Shown one piece after another: positions 1-14,399 of a stretch of DNA of 64,000 bases. This DNA is from Lama glama. Taxonomy: Eukaryota. Each line of letters starts with the position of its first letter. The stretch's first letter is position 1. Where the stretch lies: positions 74,898,001 through 74,962,000 of the forward strand of contig CM052817.1 of the NCBI GenBank assembly GCA_028534125.1, in the 5' to 3' direction. A model generated the notes under the pieces. It was not told the origin of the DNA. It saw only the letters and a list, made by a program, of their open reading frames with translations, and ran no database searches. Both the position numbers and the translations under genes were made by a program.

Positions 1-2407
1 GTCTTTGGAGGGCTTTAAGAATGGCCATGACACACTCTATTTCGCATTTAACAATAACATTCTGACTGCTCTGGGGATAATGGAGTCTTTGTGGCCAGAA
101 TGGTAGCAGTTCTCTGGGGGAGAGAGAATGCAGCCATTGTCTGGCAGGCTGGCTGTGGAGATGGAGAGAAAAGCACTAATTGAAACATACTTTGAAAGTA
201 GAGTTAACAGTACTTATTGATGGATTAGTTATTCAACAGATATATAATCAGACCTACTGCAAGCATAAACCTGTAAAAAGAACATCTCCTGACATTACTG
301 GGAGTTTGCTCTCTAGAAAGTCTTTTCCAGAACCATGGCCATTGAGCCAACGACTCCTTCCACTGTAAGTCACTATCACTGTGCTTGTACGGATGGGCTT
401 CTTTTCCAAAATCTAAATGACTGAAGATTCAGCAATCATTATAAGCTATAGCATATAGATTTTTAAGACGCATTCAGCAAAAGATGGGATAAAAGGTGAT
501 TCCAATTTAGGGCAATGTGATGTGTTTAAAGTTTCTTTTCTTATTTCTTTAAATAGCTCATAATTCCTAAAATCTTTGTGTTTATGAGCATAACATCTCA
601 GCCCATGCAGAAAGCTCTGCCCATATAGATTTGATTGCTCAAGCAAGTTGTTTAAGTGAACTACAGAATGGACTTCTGAAAGGAAATTGCAGGAGAATGG
701 CAATTTTCAAGTCACATCTTTTATTCACGATTGATTTGAATGTGTACCTGTGTGTGAGAGAGAGTTTAAGTGGATATAATAACAGATTCAAGAAAGAGCA
801 AAATTCTGCCACTTACACTTTATACTCTAAACGGCATTATTGGATATCTTAAATTGTGTTAAAAGTGACAACTATAAATCAGGCAACCACTTCATGCTTG
901 AAATCTTGTCTTTTACATTGTTTAAGCTAGTAATTTTCATATAGTGCTAAAGGAGGCTGGCAGTCCCCAAGAACTCTCTGCTCCCCCAAACATGACCTTT
1001 TCTTTACTCTTAAATCTCTAGTTAGTGTTATCACAGAGACGTAACTGAACACTGACTGTTCTGTTAGGTGTGAAGTTCAGTGGAGACAGATCTATAGCAT
1101 CAATGCTGATAGACAGGAAGAGTGTTTCCTCCTAGTGATATGTAATGAAATCCAGCCTCGGGTTTTCTATTCAGCTTGTGGGGTTGAATTTTTTATGTTT
1201 AATAAGTTCAATTCATTCATCTAAATTATCTGTAATTATGTTTCATTTGGGAAGGTCTTCCATTTTCCATATCATTAATTTCATGGACCGGACATGGAGA
1301 TGGCTGTACTTCTACTTCTTCTTCATTTGAGCACAGTGGTCTGTGTTGACTACAAAGTAACACCAAGTATGGACCTCGTGTTTCCAGCAAACTGCTCTAT
1401 TAATAATTTTTTAAAAGGCCTAAAAATCAGCAACACCAACAACAGAAACAAAAACTGTTGGCGGAACAGCTGAGGTACTTTGGTAGACAACAAAATCAAA
1501 TTCAAAAAGCAGTCTTGACCGACCAAGCAAGCTCTGCATTTGATGACTCAATTTTTCACTGAAATAAAGAATAAGGACAGAAATTTTATCATTTAAAAAT
1601 AGCTCAGAAAGCATAATCAAGTAACACAACCGAGAACATTTTCAGAAGCAAAACCTATAATGAAATAAACACCTTTGTAAAGGAGAATGTCTTTATCCCA
1701 TGATTTATGTGTTCTAGCCAGGAGAAACAATCAAGCAGAATTCAAACTGTAAATAAACCCGAGTTTATGGGTTGCTGACACACCTCAAATATCATTTGAT
1801 AATAAAAATGATATATACTTCTCCTTTTGCAAATAAGAAATGTACCCAAATTATTTACATTTTCTCTGAAAAAGCAAAGCCCTTGCTTTTTGCCACATCA
1901 CATGCTATCTGCAAAATAGTAAGGGAAGCAACATTATTTTCTCCCTTTTATAGACCAAGAAATTCTGAAGCATAAGGAAATTATATTACTTGTTCTTCAG
2001 TATTTATACAGCCAGGAGAAATAAAATAAAATAATAATTTCTGAGTTTAGTTACTAGAAAATGGTTACATTCCTGCCGCCCATTTAATATTACAAAAGAG
2101 GAGGAAAGGGCTTTCCATTTTCTTTCTTCTTTCTTTCCATCCTTGACTCCTTTCTAATACAACTTTATCAACTCATGGGAAACAGCATGTGGTGGACACA
2201 TGCAGATCTGATGTCATAATTTTTATTTACTGTCTGATTCAACAAGTACCTCTTGAGCCAGTACTGCCTTCCTGGGGGTGCATATGTTGCAGGTGAGGAA
2301 GATAACACTCACCAAACACAAAGATACCACTGTGAACAGTATTATGCATGTGGCTCTACGTGTACCTATAACAGTGAAAGTGGACCTAAACCTGTGAGGA
2401 GACTCAG

Positions 2408-2907
2408 NNNNNNNNNNNNNNNNNNNNNNNNNNNNNNNNNNNNNNNNNNNNNNNNNNNNNNNNNNNNNNNNNNNNNNNNNNNNNNNNNNNNNNNNNNNNN
2501 NNNNNNNNNNNNNNNNNNNNNNNNNNNNNNNNNNNNNNNNNNNNNNNNNNNNNNNNNNNNNNNNNNNNNNNNNNNNNNNNNNNNNNNNNNNNNNNNNNNN
2601 NNNNNNNNNNNNNNNNNNNNNNNNNNNNNNNNNNNNNNNNNNNNNNNNNNNNNNNNNNNNNNNNNNNNNNNNNNNNNNNNNNNNNNNNNNNNNNNNNNNN
2701 NNNNNNNNNNNNNNNNNNNNNNNNNNNNNNNNNNNNNNNNNNNNNNNNNNNNNNNNNNNNNNNNNNNNNNNNNNNNNNNNNNNNNNNNNNNNNNNNNNNN
2801 NNNNNNNNNNNNNNNNNNNNNNNNNNNNNNNNNNNNNNNNNNNNNNNNNNNNNNNNNNNNNNNNNNNNNNNNNNNNNNNNNNNNNNNNNNNNNNNNNNNN
2901 NNNNNNN
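2408..2907. other. Assembly gap (500 N)
   Basis: Run of exactly 500 n characters. Confidence 1.
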
Positions 2908-5900
2908 TTTATTATGTTTTTTAAAATAAACATGTTGGAACATGTGTCAGTTCCTGTGACCTTTAGTTAGAAATATTAATATATTATTTTATAAAGAAGT
3001 ATATTTTGATGGAATATATATTTGCTTTGTTCTACATAAAATATTATCTGATTGTCACAATTTTCTATAAAGCACAGCATTTACAGGAAATCAACATCAA
3101 AATCGTTAAAGAATACTTGGAGCCTTGTATATGGGTAACCTGTAATTGTTCACAATCTGTTCTAAAAAAAGATGTGGGATGCTTGCATTTTATTTTGTTG
3201 CACTGCACATAAAATACGTTTCTGTGAATTATTTTACATATCTACTTCAGTATTATTTCAGCAATAAGAATAAAAAGTTTGGTTCAGGTTATTTTGTGTT
3301 GATGTTCTGCTACACCTAGCAGCTGCCTTTTCTCTAATCTGTCTGAAGAGCCAGCACTAATCCATAACGTACTGCACCTGCTATTAGATTCCATGAACTT
3401 GGAGATTGATATACACGAAGAAGGAAAGCTCATTAACCAGCCTAGATGTATGAAAGTTCAGAAGACAGCACACGGAGAAGTATATCACTGCAGGTCCATT
3501 ATACTCTACTGTCAGTTTCAAGTACACCGCTCTTTCAGGCACATATTTTTTATTCATCTGAATTTGCCACAAGCCAAAGAACAGACAAAGGTTAGTGACT
3601 CTAGGCACTGCTCTGAACTTCGGACAATGTAGTAGGTTTCCTGGCTCCAGCAGACTGCCATTTTAAAGTGTTTTAGAATCAAAGCTTCTTTAAATATATC
3701 TGTCAAGAAAATCCAGGAAATTCTATTTTCATACTGTTCTTTATGTAGCACAAGATTAACATAAGTCAGAAAAAAAAATCCAGTAAGGCATATTCACGTC
3801 AAGCTTTTATAGTTACTAGTGACACCATCTCATATTTTATAGGGTAGTGTCTCGACTTGAATGATGGTGGGTTACGTGGTATAAGCTGTTTCACCTCATA
3901 CATGATTAAATTATATTTCTTCCTGTCTGTGCAAAGATTCTATTGAAAATACAGGTAGGATTCTGCACCAGGGAAATACATGTTAGTGTTCGACAAGTGG
4001 GGAACAGTGCAGGAAAATATCAGTATGTGATGAGGTCATGATAGAATCTAAGAAAAATAAGAGGAGGTTATCTGAATGTTAAGTGGACAGATGTCTAGCT
4101 ATTCTTATGAAATGCCATTCAAACAGTCCTTACATTATATGATTTTCAATTGTTAGATTAATTTGGGCAAAACAAGTAGGTATCTAAGGAAATCAAGAAA
4201 CCCCATTTCTTGCAGTTTGCTGAATCAAAAGATCTAATATGCAGCAGTAACAGGAATTCATATGTGAGTTAAGATGTAAAAATATATTCCAATTTGCATT
4301 TTTTTGTTTTATGTTATATTAGAAAATAACGATATTTTTAAAATGTATAAAACTATGAGAACAGGATAGCAGCTGGAGTCAGAATTAAATGGAAAAATTA
4401 ACTGTTGTAAATTCATAAAGAAAAAATATGAGACTTCTGAGCACAGAAAGGATAAAGGTCTATTTTGAGGTGGGCAGCACAAAATAATGTGAATTTCTAC
4501 ATTTAAAGCTGGACAGGAAAAGAAGTGATGCTGGTCTCGGTGTGGTTTGTGCCTTTTTGACTACTGAGCAGAGTTGTGAAAGTTATAAACCAGAAAAAGA
4601 AAGTGGAACTTTTCAAGGTTATTTAATGCAGTCCCCTTTCTTTAGGCAGATGAACTCCCAAGGCGATGAGAAAGAGCTATATAGTTATTGATTCTACTTT
4701 AAAGTACCCCTGAGAGGGAGATTCCAGGACCTTCCCTCATGTTCCTTTTCCAGCTTTTATTAGCCTCACAGGATGCTTACATACAAATGAATCTGGAAAC
4801 TACCAGTCAGTTCAAAACTGTCCACCAAATCTTGAAATAATATCTCTTTTAGCTACTGATGAGAGACATTTTTTTCTCCCCTACTTCCCTCAATACATTC
4901 ACCACTGAATATCTATCCATTTTGTGTAATTTTTAATTTTTATACATGTTGGTATGTTACCATTACTCTTCCCTCTGATTTTACAATCACAGAGTATAAC
5001 TAAATATAGAATGCCAGTTTATGACATGTAAAATTAAACCTACTTCATATTTTTTATGTTTTACAATGAAAGAGATATACCCCATGACAAACTGGATAAG
5101 AACAGAATCACATAGTCTTAGCATCAGATGAGAAACTAAAAGTAATAGATTCCACATTCCTACAAAACTCCAGTTTAGACAACTTCAATGATAAAGAGCT
5201 GAATAAGTCATGATGCAGTGCATACAATTTTCTAGCAGATTCAATCTATATTTATAGAACATTTATCCTTATGTATTGCCAGAATTATACCACTGTTTTC
5301 TTTGAAAGTAATTTTGGGGCTTTTTATTACTCCCTGTTAAGTTTTGTCTTGTTGGATTTAGTCTATCATTCCAATGTGCTAAGTAAAACTGGCTATTAAG
5401 ATGATCATCTGGTGTATTTACCATCACTGTCAGCTTTATGTCATGCTATATATATCCCTTTTCATCCATTCATTAACATACTAAAATCCAATACCAAGGA
5501 CAAAAATCTATAGATCACTTACACATCCACAGAAAAATCACCATGTAAGTGAGATGTCATAATATATGATGTCTACAGTATTTCTGAGATGTGAAAATAT
5601 AGGTCATATCGAAAAAATGAAATAAAGTTAGATTGGGTTTAAATATTTAGAGTTTATGCTAACACTAGGGATCACTTATCCTACTTATAAGCCCTCACAA
5701 AATCAGTTTTCCACATTTAGAATCAGTTAGAGCAGCAGGTAGAAGAGGCGGTCATCTCGCTGGGTAATTTCTACTTAAATTATATTTCCTTAAGGGACTT
5801 TGATGCCTAAATAACGTAATCCTAAACCTCTCCTTTTGGAACTGGCTCTGTTAGAATACAAATATTCTTTAGAGTTACCGTATTAATTAACTCATGTTGA

Positions 5901-6354
5901 TAACATAGTGTCACGTCAATGAATTTACAGATATTTTTCTTCAGCATGGTTTTGGTGAACAAACAAGGAGATACTCTTCACTCTGACAAAGAATTAAGTG
6001 ATGGTTGGAGAAAAAAAATAGATCAGAGGAGAAGGCTGGGGGTATCAGCATTATTTTTCTGTCTGTTTTCTTCTTTCCTCCTTCCATTCTTACAGGCTCC
6101 TTCTTTGCGAGACTTGCTGAACCATCTAACTTGAAACAGTAATTAATCAAGCAGCCTCTTTTCTCCACAATAGTGAAGTTTGATCATAGCCCATCATCTA
6201 TGGTGCCTCTCTACTTATAATAAGACACAGGTATGAAAAAAATTCCATGCTTATATTATCTTTTCTTCATTCATAATTTTCTCCTCTCTTCTTGTGTTCC
6301 CCATTTTATTTCATTCACTTTCAGTCTGCTTCCCACCTTAAGCACCTCATTTGG

Positions 6355-6844
6355 TGTGATGGTTAAGCTTCTGTGTTGACTTGACTGGACCACAGGTTAT
6401 GCAGATATTTGCTCAAAGATTATTCTGGGTGTTTCTATGAGGATGCTTTTGGATGAGATTAATAACTGAATTGGTCAACTAAGTAAAGCAGGTTGCCCTC
6501 CCTCGTGGATGGGCCTCATCCAATCAGTTGAAGGCCTGAATAGAAAAAAAAGTCTCACCTTCCTGTAAGTACAAAGGAACTCCTTCTGCCTGGATTGACT
6601 TTGAACTGGGACATTGACATTTTTTTTTTTCCTGCCATCAATCTCAAACTGAAACATTGACTCTTCCTGGCTCTCAATCCTGCTGGCTTTTGGACTGGAA
6701 CTACACTACCAGCTTTCCTGGGTCTCCAGCTTGTAGATCTTGTGGCTTGTCAACCTTCATAATCACATGAGCAAATTCCTTGTGATAAATGTCTCCCCCA
6801 TCATCCTATTGGTTCTGTTTCTCTGGAGGACCCTGACTAATACA
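6355..6844 (+). mobile_element. MLT2-type (ERVL) solo LTR
   Basis: Starts TGTGATGGTTAA...GACTTGACTGG, has internal CCTCATCCAATCAGTTGAAGGCCTGAATAGAA, ends CCTATTGGTTCTGTTTCTCTGGAGGACCCTGACTAATACA. Flanks TTTGG/TCTGG are a degenerate 5-bp TSD. Confidence 0.9.
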
Positions 6845-8983
6845 TCTGGTAACTTCTGCTTATGCAGCTCTAGAACCAAGCCCTGCTTGGACCTGGGTTC
6901 TGTCAGATTCTGCCTGCTGCCTGTCTCCCTAGAGAGCTGAGTAGCATCTACCTAGATTGCCTATAACTATACCATTCATGTTTTGAGCAACATTATTTCT
7001 TACTCCCATATCTTTGTGGACCAATATTTGCCTAATCCAGGCTTCATCACCATACATAGGATGCCCTACATTGTCTACACTATTGACCATCTCTAGCGTT
7101 TCTCTTTCTGCTGTGTCTCTCTGGGTCTCTCTCCTTTACTCATAAATCCTACTTTGAGATCACCATCAATTCACAATAACATAGTAAGTGCAGTTTGTGA
7201 TTGGATACTAGAAGTCTCCTGAAAACTCCCCTCTTCCACCCTTCTATTTCTTCTGTAATTCAAATAAAATTGTGTGACAATGTTAAACTTTTAAAGTGAG
7301 GTTAGAATTGTTTTGTTAGTTCACCACAAGTGCCAAAGATAGAAATGCCAAATAGTCTTCCATCTTATATAAAGGACCAACAATTAATCTCCGAGTAATG
7401 CTTTATAAGGAGTACTGAATTATACTCCCATCTCTTTAATGACAAGTAGTCAGACGGGCATCCAGGTAATAGACATCAGTAGCAATTAGATCTGGGGGCA
7501 AGAGATTTAGGAGAGGCCATCATCAGTGTTCTGATGCTTATCCCCGTCCCTTGAGGAGGTGACCAGAGCAGATTTGGGGTCAGGAGTGTAGCCCCAGAGT
7601 GAAAATGGTATGAAGATGTGACCCTTGCCTCTGTGGAGATCAAATTCTCAATTAGTGAGGGAAGGTGTAAAGTGAAAGATTTCCCACATTTGCTTTCATT
7701 AACATTCACATGTACACCTCAGTTTCCAAAAACTATTTTTATAATGTTTTTGACATCTTTTAAGTCTCAATGAGTTTGAATTATACACAAAATATTGGAA
7801 TATCCATAAGGAATTGATGGTTGTCTAGTTCAACAAGATTGTTTTTAAAGGAGAGCAAAAATTTTTGAGAAATAGTTTTTTGCTATCATAGAGCATTCAA
7901 GCTGTCCCCCAGTTCAGTGGCTCCCCAACACAATAGACTGTTTGTTTTGTCTTGTTTTGAATAGCCCTGCAGTTTGAGGAGAAATTTGTTGATCACTCAT
8001 CATCAGATAAAGCATTTTTGCACCCACTTCCTTACCCCTCCAATCCAATTTATGAGTTTTCATCTTTACACAATGTAGGTTTTTATTTAATTTCTTTGGG
8101 AATTAAAAATACCATAAATAAATTATCTAATTATTCATTTTAAATGTACCTGGAGCCTTGCTACAGACAACTGAGCTATAGTTTTGTCTAAAGCATGAAT
8201 CATTTTCTCTATGAAAATTTCTTACACTAAACAAGGTGGGCATAGCATACAACCCACTATTTCATATTTTCTGTGCACACTGGGGTGTAAAATAGAACAT
8301 GGCCTTTCTAAGACCTCAGAAATGAAAATCTTTATGGAAAAACAGTCAGAAAGCTGAAAGAATCCCAACATTTTCTAATGATATGTTCCCACACTGCTAT
8401 ACTTTTCTACATATAACTGTAAATAAAATTGCAAAACTGTGGAAGATGAAAGGGCACAATGAAAGAAAAAAGGTGCAAATTCTGTCTTTGATTCCAAATA
8501 AAATTAATGGAGATTTAAAAAATAGGCCTCAGATGAACCTAGTATACAAAGGTAATGCACAGCTACGTATTTTCAATGCAATTTTGCACCGTCATCATTT
8601 TTAGAGGCTGAAACATGGATGTCTACTGATATCCTGAGCAAGAAGCAAACTCAGCTTATAGACAAGATATGCACTGCCATATTGTGAATGTTAATTTTTG
8701 GCTAGAGAAAGGTATATTAATATGTCTTTACAACAATTCAAACATAAAAGCCAACATTGAGATGTTACCTTATATTTAAATGTCATATTCAACATGTGAA
8801 TCTTAATAAATCTATATTTTTCTTGATTGATGATTATAAGGAAATTGAATAATTTGAAGAGGTAGTCTAATTTCTCTCTAGTATTTCCCAACTATTCTTG
8901 TGAAATGGTTGACCATAAAAACAAAATGAGACATATACTGAAAATTCTGATGTTATCATAAAAAGCATAAATAGAATACTTAC

Positions 8984-9112
8984 TGGGTTTAGAAGGATTG
9001 TGAGGAAAAGTTCACCTCCTCTGATACTTTTATCCAGTTCTTGGGGACCTCCTGGATACTCTTTGTAGAAAATAGTGTGTGTGAACAAGCCACAGGTCTG
9101 TCGAGGGAGGAC
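8984..9112 (-). CDS. NDST4: NDST4 internal coding exon, 129 bp (probably exon 6)
   Basis: tttttcctcag|GTC CTC CCT CGA...AAC CCA|gtaagt; translates to [43 protein letters not shown]; phase 0-0. Confidence 0.97.
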
Positions 9113-10999
9113 CTGAGGAAAAAGAAAAAGCAGCATGTTGACATGACTTAATGAAAATCTCCATCACTGTGTCATAACTTCAGAGTCTACACATCATTTC
9201 TGTTGGCATTCCTTAGCTGCAAAAGCCAAAATATTACTGTATTCAAGAGTTGATGTTGGTATAACTATGTAAACATTAAAAGGAGTTGCTAAATCAGAGC
9301 TATAGGACATACAGGTTGAAAGCATTTTCACTCATTTCTATAAACCTTACCCACCAGCTGAGGTATGTTAAAGAACTGGTAAAAAATAAAAGTCTTCTTA
9401 GGGTTAATTTAATTCAAATATAGAGATTTTCCAAGATTACATTTTTCATGGTATTAGACCATTAACTCTTCTTGCTTCTGAAATGAAGTCTTGCATGGTC
9501 CTTGGGTTCTGGGATTCAAAACAATCAGTTTCATCATCCTGGCTATCTTTGTTTTGTTTTTATTACTCTGAATTAAAATTTCAATCACAGTAATAGTCAA
9601 TCTTCTAATGATTGCTTCTGGCATATTCTGTGGTTAATTCTGTTGTAAATCTAAATGTTCAACAGAGAAAGCAATAAGTAATTTTATTCCAAAAACTTAT
9701 TTTGAATAATAAACTACTTATGCTCTAATGGAAAAATGCATCCAATTGTACAGAATAGCTATAATTTATTTATTCTTTGCTTAATTTTCATAAATTTGTA
9801 TTAAATTCAAGGTAAATGAATGTATGTATTACTGGTCAAAAAGAATGTTTTAATTAATAATATATCAAATGGTCATGCAACTCAATTAAAGAAAACTGAG
9901 TACTTTCATTCTGATTTGCAATTATAAAGAGTAATACTTTTCATAGTTCCTGGATTTCTATGGACAACAATATCATTATTGCATTATCAATAGCTACATT
10001 TAAATTTGAGGCTTCTTTAGGTCTTCTAGTACCAACTTATAATAAAAAAATAAAGTTTTCTGATCAAAAATATTGAGTATTAGATCTGGTTAAGCACGTG
10101 TGACATTGCTTTTTCTTTGGTTTTGGATACTTTTTAGATAGATAAACAGGTAGATAATTCTAATAGCAATCTGTATAATGGATTGAGAAAGTATGAATAT
10201 TTAAAGGAGGGAGAACAGTTTGTAAACCTCTCCTATGGTCTAGGCAACTGATCAGGTCACGTGAAATGACCTAAAGCGCTGGATATGGGAATGGAGATTT
10301 TAAGATGGGTTATTTTAACTGAAAGTAAAGAATACCATTTTTTCATTTCAACAAACAATTATAAATGCCCATCTAAAATTCATTTGGTTTTATTCTCATC
10401 TAGAGAAACATATACATCATTTTTACATCAGATTAGTATTTTTCAATTAATATATCTGAAAAGAAAATATACACCTTCATTTTTATAATATGCAAGGGAA
10501 AAAACAATGAAAAAAAAAAGATATCCTAAGATATTTTTGAGTGTCTGAAAGCTAAAATAAACTGAGTGGATAAACTTAGCTCTCAGATGCTATTTGTTAG
10601 ATTCTGTTTGTCGATAGTGTACTGACTTGAGAGGTGTTTCTTTGATTTATGAACCCACATTTTGCTCGGAAAACTCTAAATAAAACCACCCAAACAAATA
10701 TACATGGAGAAACTCCCCGGAAGTATAGGGTCCCTAGACAAAACTTTAATCCAGAAACTGCCATGGATAATCTATATGAAACCCATTTCCAATATTCTGA
10801 GCTTGTCTTGAATTGGCCGAAACTTCCCCACAGCTTAAGAAGCAAGTCTGTATACAGCCAAGCAATGTGTCACTATGTGATCACCATGGTATGTTAGGAA
10901 GTTATGATACTCATGTAAAAAAGTTCTGAAGTTACATTTTGTCGTTATTCCACATGTAGATAGTAAGAGCCTTCAATACACACAGCAGTATGTGCTCAC

Positions 11000-11185
11000 C
11001 ATGATGCTATTGTGAATGAAGCCCTTCCGGTATCTTGCAGGTTTCAGGTGTGGATACTCTTCAGTGCTGGTGACCTGAATTCCCCAGACCTTCTTCCAAG
11101 CTGCATACAGCTGAATATGAACTGGGTAGACCCCTGAGTGATGTGGCGCCACAGCGTAGCCCATGTTGATAGGTATTCCATGTTC
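11000..11185 (-). CDS. NDST4: NDST4 internal coding exon, 186 bp (probably exon 5)
   Basis: ttcttttag|GAA CAT GGA...ATC ATG|gtgagc; translates to [62 protein letters not shown]; phase 0-0. Confidence 0.97.
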
Positions 11186-11249
11186 CTAAAAGAAAGCCAG
11201 AACAGCATCGTAGGACGTGTGGTCAGCTGAATTCGATTCAGTCCAAATT

Positions 11250-11950
11250 GTTTGCACAGAATTCTATGCTAATGATGCAATATATAAAACAAATAGGATA
11301 GAGTTTTTGTCCTTCAGCAGCTCATAAACTTATGATGCTCTGATGGTATGACAAACATAGTAAATACTTTGGGTGTGTGGTGTGTAGGTGAGATTGATTC
11401 TGAATTTTGAATACAGAAAGTTTAGGGGGAGGATAAGAAAAGAACATGGCCCTTCCTCAGATAGATATAGAAAAACAAGGTGTCACTTGAGCAAGTACCC
11501 AAATATGAGGGATGGAAGAGCACAATGTGGTGTATGTGTGTGTGTCTGTCTGTGTGAGTCTGAGTGTGTCTGTGTGAGTCTGTGATGTTGAAGACAACCA
11601 GAAAGGTTAAGTATGAACCATAAATTGATGAGCTTTTACTGCTAAACTGAGGAAGTGGGAATTCATTCTATTGGAATGGTGTAGGTGAGGAAGCTCTCTG
11701 AGCATGGAGGACCATGAGATGCCTTTAGGAAGGAGGATATAGTAACCACACATAGAAGTGAGGAAGAAATGAATAAAGGCTGTGCATTAGGAAGCTATTG
11801 CAATGGTGCAGATTAGAGGGAACACAAGTACCCAAACTAGATTATTGGTGGTCAGATTAAAAGCCTGGGGTTGAATGCCATACAAGATTCAGTGATGTTT
11901 TGGATACAGAAGGTAAAGAAAAAGTGAAGATTGGTTTTGGACCTTAGAAG
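11250..11950 (-). mobile_element. Degenerate L2 LINE fragment with a (TG)-rich patch at ~11526-11584
   Basis: L2-like antisense motifs such as ttaggaagctattgcaatggtgcag and gtgatgttttggat. Confidence 0.5.
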
Positions 11951-14124
11951 CTCAATTCATTTTTATAAAACCTACTACGTACTAGGAGATGCTTGCTTTG
12001 GGTAAACAGTCATCTCTAAAGGAAAAGGGGTATATATTTAAAACAAGAGTATAAAACATTGTCAGAGAATGGTATTATATTGTGAGGTATGTGATAGAGA
12101 TCTGCAGTCTTATAATTTCTGCTTCTTTGTATTTCTCTCTTTAAATGCTTGTCTGCTTTATAAAGATGCCTTATAGGATTGAATCTCATCAATTGAGGTT
12201 ATAAATGACAACACACAGTAATATATGGAGGCTGATTGAGTCAATAAACAGAACACAAAAGTGTTGACTTGACAATTGCCATTGGTATTTTCTATTACAT
12301 GACAAAGCATAGGAAAAGAATTCAGTCTGGCATAATAAGCAAGCAGTGAATGGATCACATATCTACAATGCCTAAGTCATATGCCACAATCAGTTCAGAA
12401 GATGGGCCCTAAATATCTTGCAAGTCTCCTTCATTCTTCCTTTCACGGAGTGACCCTCATTGTAGAGCCAAATTCACCTCTCTTTCACCAGGAGCGTGTG
12501 TTTTCTAACATCTATTACAATAAATGACTCCAGAGAAAGACTGAATTATGATATCAACGCTGTAAAATGAGCTGGAGTCTTTGGCTAGGTACGGGGGAAA
12601 ATTCATTTCTTTGTGTGCGCAGAGGAAAAATGCTTCTTCCAGGAGCTTGCATTTTCAATTTAAGACCAGGATGGAAAAGTCTAGTAACAGAACTACTTGG
12701 AAACTACAAGGGGGACGGGCAACTACTGTTACCCTGACAATCACTGGGGAACATTACTGGAAAAAGCCTTAGTTATCTCTGGTCAGTTCCATGTTGTCCA
12801 GTGAAGTGTCACAAAAATCGTCCTTCGTGGTCGAGTATCACGCGAGGATGAGTACCACGGAGTGGTCAAGATGCGGGTGCACTGGGCGTGAGATACAGAC
12901 GCACTTTCTCCTGGGGGAAATCTAAGGTCGAGGGTGTTCAAACCTCTCTGTCTAGTAAATAGCATTTATGTGACTGCTGCTTAGAGGAGCACTTCTGATT
13001 TACAAAAAAGGGGAAGACTATTATGCTGTCATTACACTTTCAAGTGATTCATACTGAGGTTTCGTAATAGTCTTGTCCCATGATTACAAGAATAACAAAA
13101 TCAATGGTGCATGCATCCTAACAGTCTTCACTAACCACTTTGTTAGTCCTCATTTTTTATCACTGTATAATATTTTATTCCAAATTTTGGGCCTAGAATG
13201 CTAGATAAGTATGTGAAGCTTCCAGAAGCAAAGATGAAAAATAAAATCATAAAGAGAACTGAAATTTTAAACAACTGTATCTCTTCAGAAAAAAAAAATT
13301 CACTTTTGACAAGTAGTAAAATGAATTGTGGAGCTTTCATGAAAAAAAACCAGAAGGTAAAAAGCAATTGATTTGGTGAGTAGGAAGGAAGGGACAGTAA
13401 AAGGATTTTATTATATTTATTGATTTCTGGGGGCTTAATGTTATACTGCTCATAAGGTCATCTTATCACACTGACAACTGGAGCTCAATCAAAATAGTAA
13501 ATCACACTAGATAATTATGAGTTTATATTTCTTCAGTCTAAATGATAACACAAGATGAAAAGTAATTCCCTCGTAGCTCTTTTTCTGTTATCAAGGGGCT
13601 TGCTGTAGAAACTGTCATTCTTTACTGTCTGGAGCTTCAAACTTCACAGTGATTCGGTCAACCAAAAGGTGAACTAAATAAATATTTACACAAGATCACA
13701 AAAATTACAAAATCTGAAATACTTTCTAATGTGACTGTAGGAAGCATTTGAGACTATAAAATTAGACTCAGAAATGACAAAGTAAAGTAACCCAACATGG
13801 CTTTTATTATTTATTAAAACAATGTCTCTTACAGGATCTAGGAGTTCTATGATATCATAATATGACATGACACCACAAGTATTTACAGGGGAATGTCTCT
13901 TGATCTAGTTTCCCAGTTACATTAAATTGCCAGTTGATTGGAAAATGAGATAATGTGATAATTTACCGACTATAGAAAAGTAGGGTCATCTCTTTCCAAA
14001 AACTAGAATAAAATTAAATCTGTTTAGCACCAACACACTAACAGTAATAGACGTGAACTCATTTAATTTTTCTTGAATCATTCTCACTGATCAGATCTGC
14101 TTGCATTTGCTTAGAATCTGATAT

Positions 14125-14290
14125 TTATGAAGTGTTTTTACATTTGTGTCTAACATTATCCTCATGATTATCCTATGAGGTAGCCTGGATGCTCTTATCA
14201 AATGTGGAAACTGAGGCTCAGAGGAGGAAAATGACCTGCTCATGTCCACAAATACCAGAGCTAGAAAATATACCCAAGTCTTCTAGACAC
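14125..14290 (-). mobile_element. MIR SINE fragment
   Basis: Antisense MIR core: cctatgaggtag...ggaaactgaggctcagaggag...atgacctgctcatgtccaca. Confidence 0.75.
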
Positions 14291-14399
14291 ATTGCTTTTG
14301 CTTTTCTAAGTTGCTACTATTGTGGCTCTCTCCCCACTCTCAGTTAATGACGAGAAGTACTTTACTGACAAAAGGGAATTGATTTTAATACATATTTCT

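Noticed and set aside
2223..2943. Three long ORFs of 179-236 aa
   Set aside because: Artefacts of translating through the 500-N gap.
8867..9136. 89-aa ORF as a stand-alone gene (likewise 10973-11164 and 34805-35020)
   Set aside because: These are NDST4 exons with read-through into flanking intron; the splice sites define the real limits.
12855..12950. tRNA-like A-box and B-box (GGAGTGGTCAAG ... GTTCAAACC)
   Set aside because: I could not build an acceptor stem or cloverleaf; tRNAscan-SE would settle it.
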